Shown here: one piece after another, positions 57,654 to 63,647 of the stretch
Layout: each line of letters opens with the position of its first letter
How positions within the stretch are numbered: the stretch's first letter is position 1
DNA from: a virus
Lineage: Duplodnaviria; Caudoviricetes
Strand: one strand, 5' to 3'
DNA: 63,647 nt
IMG/VR virus record: IMGVR_UViG_3300046813_000058
Coordinates: 1-63,647 of that record
Translations under genes and position numbers: made by a program
The notes under the pieces: model-generated
Databases searched by the model: none
Seen by the model: only the letters and a program-made list of their open reading frames with translations
Told to the model about the DNA's origin: nothing

Positions 57654-58369
57654 CCGCGCCGCGCTGGATCGCGGCAGCGATGGATGACGAGCTGTTCGAG
57701 CTTGACGACAGCGAGCGGGCGGACTTCGCGCGGTCGCTGATCGAGCGCCTGCCGATCAACGAGATGGCGCGCGCCATGGCCGACGCGGAAGCCAACCGCG
57801 CCGACCAGCTGGTGTCGATCGTCCGCGTGCTCTCGGACGGCGATCCCGAGGTCGTCGAGCTCACCGAGCTCTGCCAGGCCGCGAGCAAGGCGCTGGATGA
57901 CGCCGGCGTGCCGTACGCTGCAGCCTACGCCGACGATGGCGACCAGCAGGTCATGCAGCTCAACCTCGCCGGCCGCATCCGCTGGCTCGCGCAGCAGCGC
58001 CCGACCAAGCTAGCGCTGGAAGGAGCGGTGGCGAGCTGCGAGGAGTACCGGCAGGCGTTGATGGTGACCGGGAACAAGCTCAAGCGGGTCGAGGCCGAGC
58101 GTGAATCGTTCCGAGCAGACGTCATCCACGTGCGCGCGATCGCGGAGGTGATCGGCCAACGCGACGCAACCATCAAGAGCCTGACGGCCGAGCGCGACGA
58201 AGCTCAGAGGATGCTCGGCCTGGCTCGCGCGGCGGTGGCTACCGAACTGCTGCGCTGCGCTGACCTGACGGCCGAGCGCGATCGTCTGGCGGAAGAATGC
58301 GAGGCCGTGATCAAACGGGCCGCCGGCTACATCAAGCGAATCTCCGAACTGGAGCGCGGTCAGCGATGA
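57650..58369 (+). CDS. Coiled-coil hypothetical protein
   Basis: GGAGG RBS; LTAERD repeats. Confidence 0.65.
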   Translation: MTAPRWIAAAMDDELFELDDSERADFARSLIERLPINEMARAMADAEANRADQLVSIVRVLSDGDPEVVELTELCQAASKALDDAGVPYAAAYADDGDQQVMQLNLAGRIRWLAQQRPTKLALEGAVASCEEYRQALMVTGNKLKRVEAERESFRADVIHVRAIAEVIGQRDATIKSLTAERDEAQRMLGLARAAVATELLRCADLTAERDRLAEECEAVIKRAAGYIKRISELERGQR

Positions 58370-58692
58370 CCCCGCCGACCCGCCGCATCTGGCTGTTCCC
58401 GGCCCCGGATGGTACGCTCGAGGTGATCCTGCTCGGATCGATCGGGGAGATCGCCTGGGAGTTCGCGGCCGTGCTCAAGTCCGCCGAGGAATGGCCCGGG
58501 TTCCTGAAGGTCGAGCCGATCGCGGTCGGAACCACGGTGCTCGGAATGCGATGCCGGCTCGGGCACCTTGCGACGCACCTCGATCCGGTCGCCGAGGGCC
58601 TGACGTGGCTCGCGACCGAGGATCGATTCATCCACCGCGTGGAGTGGTGCGGGGCCGATAGCCCGCGCGCCGGCAAGATCGGCACGTGGTGA
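58366..58692 (+). CDS. Hypothetical protein
   Basis: Coupled ORF. Confidence 0.55.
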   Translation: MTPPTRRIWLFPAPDGTLEVILLGSIGEIAWEFAAVLKSAEEWPGFLKVEPIAVGTTVLGMRCRLGHLATHLDPVAEGLTWLATEDRFIHRVEWCGADSPRAGKIGTW

Positions 58693-58733
58693 GCGACCTT
58701 GACGATCCCTACAGCGATGCGGTAAACAGTGCT

Positions 58734-59048
58734 ATGGCACTCAGATCGCTACCTTTGACGGACAAGGCCGGCCCCGGTGGGCGCCCACGGGACAGCCGCG
58801 CGCCTGGCAACGCGTTCAGCGAGTGGCTCGCGACCTGCGGGCTCACGCCGAAGGAGGTCGCCGAGGGCCTCGGGTTGTCAGACTCGAGCGTCTACAACAT
58901 GCGCAACGCCTACTTCAAGCCAGGCCGCGAGTTGGCCAACAAGATCGCCGCGTTCACCAAGGGCAAGGTGAGCTCGGCCAGCTGGGACCAGGTCAAGGGC
59001 AGGCCGCGGAAGCCGGCGCCCAAGCGGCCGAGGAAGCGTGCCGCGTGA
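58734..59048 (+). CDS. XRE-family HTH transcriptional regulator
   Basis: GLTPKEVAEGLGLSDSSVYNMRNAYFKPGRELANKI. Confidence 0.85.
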   Translation: MALRSLPLTDKAGPGGRPRDSRAPGNAFSEWLATCGLTPKEVAEGLGLSDSSVYNMRNAYFKPGRELANKIAAFTKGKVSSASWDQVKGRPRKPAPKRPRKRAA

Positions 59049-59272
59049 CCCCGATTGAGCGAGCATTCGTTGCTGGTTTCGAGGCCGCATGCGACGGCGG
59101 AGTAGATTCGCGCCTCGACGCGGCCTTCGCTAGGTTCCTCACCGAGAACCAGGACGCGCCGAACGCAGCCGACCTCGCCACGCTGCGCCGGTTCTGCGGG
59201 ACCGACCACGCGCGCACCGAGCACCCAAAGACCTACGACGCGTTGATCCGCCTGCTCGCCGCATGGACCTGA
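59045..59272 (+). CDS. Hypothetical protein
   Basis: GTGA coupling. Confidence 0.5.
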   Translation: MTPIERAFVAGFEAACDGGVDSRLDAAFARFLTENQDAPNAADLATLRRFCGTDHARTEHPKTYDALIRLLAAWT

Positions 59273-59276
59273 CTTC

Positions 59277-59402
59277 GCGCTCGTAACTCGGCTCGCGCAC
59301 CGAAGGGCTACAACCCGGCCCCGGTAGCGCGCCAAGGTGGGGCTCACGCAGCGTCTGACATCTGCGCGAGCGAGAGCCGGGCCACCTGCCGAGCACGAGC
59401 GC
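59277..59402. ncRNA. Candidate structured RNA element
   Basis: Intergenic; nested complementary segments GCGCTCGT/ACGAGCGC, CTCGGC/GCCGAG, GCTCGCGCA/TGCGCGAGC. Confidence 0.35.
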
Positions 59403-59445
59403 CCTTTCTACTTGCGCGTTATCGTAGTCGTGCTATAAACAGCGC

Positions 59446-59730
59446 ATGACCTACTCGAACCACCGCAAGGCAGCTATCCGCAACTCGCCGAACTGGCTCG
59501 ACGCGCTCGACCTGCCAGCGGAGGCGCCGCTCCCCCGCATCTACCCGGAGCCCCGCACGGCGATCGCCGCCCGCCGGCGCGAGCTCACCGCTCGGACCTA
59601 CGTGCGCTTGGCTCCGGCCCCCATGCCGGCCGCCCCGCGGCGTCCGGTCAGCGCGATCCGTGACGCGATCAGGAACGCCGCGATCCTCGCGTTGGTCGCG
59701 CTCGCCATCGTCGCCTGCGTCCGCTGGTAG
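59446..59730 (+). CDS. Hypothetical protein with C-terminal TM helix
   Basis: Leaderless after TTGCGC-16 bp-TATAAA (59412-59439). Confidence 0.6.
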   Translation: MTYSNHRKAAIRNSPNWLDALDLPAEAPLPRIYPEPRTAIAARRRELTARTYVRLAPAPMPAAPRRPVSAIRDAIRNAAILALVALAIVACVRW

Positions 59731-59776
59731 CGAGCGCCCTTGACACAGCCGTGACGTCGGCGCACTGTGCGAGAAT

Positions 59777-60010
59777 ATGGCCAAGCGCGTAGGACGAAAA
59801 CGGCGGAATCTCAAGCCCCGGATGAGGCTCGACGCTCCTTCGCTGGAATGCACGGTCCCGGTGTCCACCGCACTGCCGGGCACCATGGTGAACGCGATCG
59901 ATGCTGCCGCGGAGACGCTGGGCGAGATCAGCCGGTCGGAGTTCATCCGGCGCGCGGTAGAGGAACGGCTCGCAAGGATTGACGCGGCGAGCGCCAGCAA
60001 GGCGGCCTGA
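59777..60010 (+). CDS. Ribbon-helix-helix (CopG-like) regulator
   Basis: VSTALP......IDAAA....ISRSEFIRRAVEE. Confidence 0.8.
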   Translation: MAKRVGRKRRNLKPRMRLDAPSLECTVPVSTALPGTMVNAIDAAAETLGEISRSEFIRRAVEERLARIDAASASKAA

Positions 60011-60011
60011 C

Positions 60012-60932
60012 GTGGCGAAATGGCGGCCGGTCGACGTGAGGCTGTGGAACGACCGCAAGGTCGCTGCCCTTACGGACAGAGGGAAGCTGCTTTGGCTATA
60101 CCTGCTCACATCTCCGTTCATGCTTCCTATCCCTGGGGTGATCATCGCGGGGGAGATGGCGATCGCTGAGCAGATCGGGTGGAGACCAGAAGGGGTCGGG
60201 GAAGGGTTCCGGGAACTCCTTGCCAAAGGGTTGGGGGTGTCCATTCACGAACGCCTCATCTGGCTCAGAAAAGCTCTTACTTATCAGCCCATCCAAGGAC
60301 CGAACCACATCGCGGCGATCGCGAAGTCATGGGACGACGTTCCACACTGTGGCATGAAATTTGAAATCTGGCAAGCGCTTGAGATTGCTTGTAAAGGCTG
60401 GAGGAACCTCTTTGCCAAGGGGGTTCCCAACCCCTTCCCCGAAGGGGTACCGGAAGGGGTTACCAAAGGGGTTGGCGACCCCTTTCATACAGTATCAGTA
60501 TCCGGAACAGTATCCGGAACAGGAACAGTATCCGGAGAGCTAGCGCTCTCCCCAGATTCGGATTCGCAAGCGAATCCTCCCAAGCAAATCAACGCGCGCG
60601 CGCGTAAACCACGGGTACAGGTAGCGGCACACCGCATACCACCTGAGTGGGCACCCAGGCAGCAGGAGATCGACAAGGCTGCAGCCATGCACCTGAAGCT
60701 TCCCGCTGAGCTCGAGAGGTTTCGCGATCACCACACCGCTCGCGGCTCGATGTTTGTCGACTGGGACGCGGCGTTCCGGACCTGGATCGGCAACGCGGTT
60801 CGTTTCGCAAATGGAACGCTCAACGGGCACAGCAACGGGCGCTCCGGACCGCAGCGAGCCAAGAGCCCGATCGAGCTGCAGATGGAGCGGATCGCCATGC
60901 TCAAAGCACAGGAAAGGGCTGAGAACAAATGA
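60012..60932 (+). CDS. Replication initiator protein
   Basis: WND.KV..L....KLLWLYLLT N-terminus; FRDHH...G..FVDWDAAFRTW C-terminus; internal iterons. Confidence 0.8.
   Translation: MAKWRPVDVRLWNDRKVAALTDRGKLLWLYLLTSPFMLPIPGVIIAGEMAIAEQIGWRPEGVGEGFRELLAKGLGVSIHERLIWLRKALTYQPIQGPNHIAAIAKSWDDVPHCGMKFEIWQALEIACKGWRNLFAKGVPNPFPEGVPEGVTKGVGDPFHTVSVSGTVSGTGTVSGELALSPDSDSQANPPKQINARARKPRVQVAAHRIPPEWAPRQQEIDKAAAMHLKLPAELERFRDHHTARGSMFVDWDAAFRTWIGNAVRFANGTLNGHSNGRSGPQRAKSPIELQMERIAMLKAQERAENK
60417..60536. repeat. Iteron-like repeats (putative origin) inside initiator gene
   Basis: Repeated AAGGGGT and CAGTATCCGGA units. Confidence 0.6.
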
Positions 60933-61534
60933 ACAATTCCCAAGTAGCCGAAGTCGTGGCTGTGCTCATGGTGAGCTATCCGAACGCGCGATGGATCCCG
61001 ACGACGCCGGGGATCGACGGAGGTTCGGATTCCCCCGGAACCTCGACGGCGTACGAGCACATGTTGCGCGATCTGGACTACGAAACCGCGCTCGCCGCGC
61101 TCGAGCGGCTGCTCGCCACGAAACCGAACTTCCCGCCGACGGTCGCCGAGATCCGCGAGGCAGCGCTCGCGCTCACCGTCGGAGAAGTTCGGCCCGGCGG
61201 CTCGGCGTGGGGCGACGTCGTCAAGGCGATCCGACGCTACGGCTACATGCGCTCGCCCGGCGTCGACTTCACATTCCCGGATCCGCTCGTCGCTGAAGCC
61301 GTGTCCGCGATGGACTGGGTCGAGCTGTGCTCGTCGGAAAATCAGGTCGCCGACCGCGCTCGGTTCATCGAGCTCTACGACCACCTCGCGGCAACGCGGC
61401 GCCGATCGCAGCTCAGCGAAAGCCTGCCGGCCATCCGCCAGCTCCGCGCAAAGCAGGAGCTTCAGCGAATCGAAGACCAGTCCGCTAAGCCCATCGGCCA
61501 GCTGATCGGTGAGATTCTCAGGAAGTCCCCGTGA
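60929..61534 (+). CDS. Replicative helicase loader/inhibitor-like protein
   Basis: SYP, L.DLDY, FPPTVAEIRE, AWGDV.KAIRRYG, DRARFIELY. Confidence 0.75.
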   Translation: MNNSQVAEVVAVLMVSYPNARWIPTTPGIDGGSDSPGTSTAYEHMLRDLDYETALAALERLLATKPNFPPTVAEIREAALALTVGEVRPGGSAWGDVVKAIRRYGYMRSPGVDFTFPDPLVAEAVSAMDWVELCSSENQVADRARFIELYDHLAATRRRSQLSESLPAIRQLRAKQELQRIEDQSAKPIGQLIGEILRKSP

Positions 61535-61941
61535 GCGACGAACGCGTAGGCTCGCGCAGGAGCGCGCGAGATGGGGGGGTGCAGGAAGATGCCTCCCAGG
61601 TCCGGAAACGCGCTCTCAGGTCAAAGGGGCGCCGAATTCGCGAAGGTGCATGGGATGGCAAGTCCGCGCCTCCGCAGGCGAGGGCGCTCGCAAGAATCCT
61701 TGCTCACTATATAGCCGAGAACAATCCGACCGGGGTCTTCGCGCAGGCGACCCAACGATTACGAAGAGATACGGAATATCAGTGGGCGATAGAGATCAAT
61801 GATATCAATGAGTTGGATGGTATCGACTGGGCGGATATCGAGCGCGCAATCCACCGATCTCAGCGCTCTGGGCGCTGGCAAACCATCATCCTAGGTGCGC
61901 GTAGTTTAAGGGAAAACTGGACTGCGGTAAATTCACCATAG
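61531..61941 (+). CDS. Hypothetical protein
   Basis: Coupled, lower GC. Confidence 0.5.
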   Translation: MSDERVGSRRSARDGGVQEDASQVRKRALRSKGRRIREGAWDGKSAPPQARALARILAHYIAENNPTGVFAQATQRLRRDTEYQWAIEINDINELDGIDWADIERAIHRSQRSGRWQTIILGARSLRENWTAVNSP

Positions 61942-61973
61942 CACAGCTGTGATCTCAATGAAATGGAGCACTT

Positions 61974-62732
61974 ATGAGGAAACGTAAGCGTGACAAGTTG
62001 GCGCAGTGCAGGCACAAGAGGTGGTACTGGAACTCGGGCAGGGAGTTCATGCGGTGCGCGGACTGCCAGGAGCTGCTCTCCCTCGGCAAGGCGAAGGAGC
62101 CAAGGGCGGACGTCGCAGCCGGTCGGATGATCGCAGTCCACGGTGGCTTGGCCGAGGGCGAGGACCTCTATGAGCTGCCGCTGGGATCCCGCCGGATCAC
62201 GACCGGAGACCAGGACGACGCGTGGGACTGGCGCGTGGACCGTCCGATCGCGGAGCAGTTCTCGCTCGGTCTCCACGCGTTCTCCAGCATCGATCGCTCG
62301 GTTGCGCCGACGTCGCTCCAGCACCTGGCGCCGCAGCGTCCGCTGTCGGTCGAGCTGATCCGCGACGCCGCGAAGGTCATCGCGAAGGTGGAGGGCAGCG
62401 AGCCGCTGTCCGGACCCTTCGACATGTCCGACACCGAGCTGGTGGCCGCGATCGCGCACAGCCCGCCGCGTGAGCCGAACGTCAATGCCGCGCTGGCGAC
62501 CGTCGGCCCTCTCTACAGCGCCGAAGAGGCGGCGCAGTTCCGCGTCTACTGCGGCCGGTGCGGTGCCAACCCGTGCGCGTGCGAGTTCCCCGAGTACAGC
62601 AGCCGGCCCGTTCGCGAGGGCCGCGAGCGCCAGGAGGCGGAGCAGATCAACGTCCAGTTCGAGGAATCCGAGGACGGGTGCGGCAACGTCGAGAGGATCG
62701 CGATCCCGGACGTGGATGGAGAGCTCGGATGA
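61974..62732 (+). CDS. Hypothetical protein with Cys motifs
   Basis: GGAG RBS; CRH...CADC; CGRCGANPCAC. Confidence 0.6.
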   Translation: MRKRKRDKLAQCRHKRWYWNSGREFMRCADCQELLSLGKAKEPRADVAAGRMIAVHGGLAEGEDLYELPLGSRRITTGDQDDAWDWRVDRPIAEQFSLGLHAFSSIDRSVAPTSLQHLAPQRPLSVELIRDAAKVIAKVEGSEPLSGPFDMSDTELVAAIAHSPPREPNVNAALATVGPLYSAEEAAQFRVYCGRCGANPCACEFPEYSSRPVREGRERQEAEQINVQFEESEDGCGNVERIAIPDVDGELG

Positions 62733-62902
62733 GCGCCGACCTCGGCCCGGACCCTGCAGATCTTCGGCACGAGGTCATCGTGGAGGAGATGAGCAGCATC
62801 AACACGCTCCTTCGTGAGCTCGTAGCCGAGACACGTGCGCTGCGGATCGCCCTCGAGCATCAGGTGGCTCTACTGATCGCAGAGATCAGAGAACGCCGAT
62901 GA
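62729..62902 (+). CDS. Small coiled-coil protein
   Basis: Coupled ORF. Confidence 0.5.
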   Translation: MSADLGPDPADLRHEVIVEEMSSINTLLRELVAETRALRIALEHQVALLIAEIRERR

Positions 62903-63186
62903 CCTCGCCCGCTGCCGTGCTGCTCTCGCTCCTCTGCCTGGCGCTCGCCGCCTGGTTTCACCCGACGGCGGCGCGTTGCCCTGGCGACCTGGACTTGCGC
63001 ACCGGGGTCCGGCGAGACGGCAGGTTCTCGTGCTGGCCTCACCCGGTCGGGGATCCGGAGTGGGACGGCACCTATCTTCGACCCGAGCGCAGCGTGCAGC
63101 CGGCGTGGGTGCTCGAGGGTCGGGTTTATTGCACTGGTACGACGCGCCCGACCGTGGTAGATTGGCAGACCGTGAGGTGCAGATGA
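62899..63186 (+). CDS. Putative secreted Cys-containing protein
   Basis: Hydrophobic N-terminus; 4 Cys in mature part. Confidence 0.6.
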   Translation: MTSPAAVLLSLLCLALAAWFHPTAARCPGDLDLRTGVRRDGRFSCWPHPVGDPEWDGTYLRPERSVQPAWVLEGRVYCTGTTRPTVVDWQTVRCR

Positions 63187-63533
63187 TTGGTGACTACGTG
63201 AAGTTGGACCTTGGCGTTCTGACGGACAGACCGCCGCCGATCGCCGTGATTTCTGACGGGGAAAGCATGGAACGGTTCAGGACCATAGCGTTTGATACCG
63301 GGATCATGCGTCAGGGTATCCGCTGGGAGCCGTTGATCCCTGGCCTGGACTGCGGCCTGTGGATCGACGCGATCGTGCCTGAATGCTACCGCTCGCAGGT
63401 GCGCGCCGTGGTGCTTGACGTCCACAATCGAGAATTCGTCGGGCAGAAATACCGCGGCTCCGAGACCATTGATCGGTTCATCTACCTCGTGAGGGTTGAA
63501 GTCTGGGCGCGCATCGAGCCTGTGATGCCATGA
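63183..63533 (+). CDS. Hypothetical protein
   Basis: GAGG RBS; ATGA coupling at both ends. Confidence 0.55.
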   Translation: MIGDYVKLDLGVLTDRPPPIAVISDGESMERFRTIAFDTGIMRQGIRWEPLIPGLDCGLWIDAIVPECYRSQVRAVVLDVHNREFVGQKYRGSETIDRFIYLVRVEVWARIEPVMP

Positions 63534-63647
63534 AGCCCGACAAACCAAAGCTGGCTGATGGCACGCAACCCGGGCGCAAGCTCGCGCGCCGGGAATCCGA
63601 GCTGCTCGGCCGTGGTGGTCGCGGGGTCGCCGCGCTGATCCCGGACG
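63521..63647. repeat. Terminal direct repeat (copy 2)
   Basis: Identical to 1-127. Confidence 0.95.

Noticed and set aside
63521-63647. Biological terminal repeat
   Set aside because: Exactly 127 bp and cuts through coding sequence; best explained as assembler k-mer overlap of a circular or permuted genome

Overview
The window is a complete, circularly assembled genome of about 63.5 kb from a high-GC tailed phage. Positions 1-127 are repeated exactly at 63521-63647. It has a contractile tail (myovirus-like): TerS/TerL, portal, MuF head protein, scaffold, major capsid, neck, sheath, tube, chaperone, tape measure, baseplate and several fibre/depolymerase-like genes. Replication and recombination genes are lambdoid-style and host-dependent (initiator with internal iterons, helicase-loader-like protein, YqaJ exonuclease, RusA, a short beta-clamp-like protein). 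It also encodes a GH25 endolysin, a DNA methyltransferase and one initiator tRNA-fMet. I found no integrase, DNA polymerase or CRISPR array. Four things stand out. (1) Two orphan lanthipeptide/RiPP-precursor-like peptides (18636-18827 and 46776-46949; the second is missing from the ORF track) share an LxLxRx5(L/V)...GG leader, and no modifying enzyme is encoded. They sit alongside a set of Cys-rich lipoproteins, including a paralogous pair. (2) About 20 promoters place the start codon about 6 nt after the -10 box (leaderless mRNAs), in a phage that carries its own initiator tRNA. (3) A 9-bp operator-like motif, GCGGTAAAC, is repeated in intergenic regions. (4) The MuF head protein ends in an SSB-like DDDVPF tail. 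The host is unknown; the peptide and lipoprotein style suggests Myxococcota, but this is inference only. All calls come from reading motifs and synteny by eye; no database search was run.
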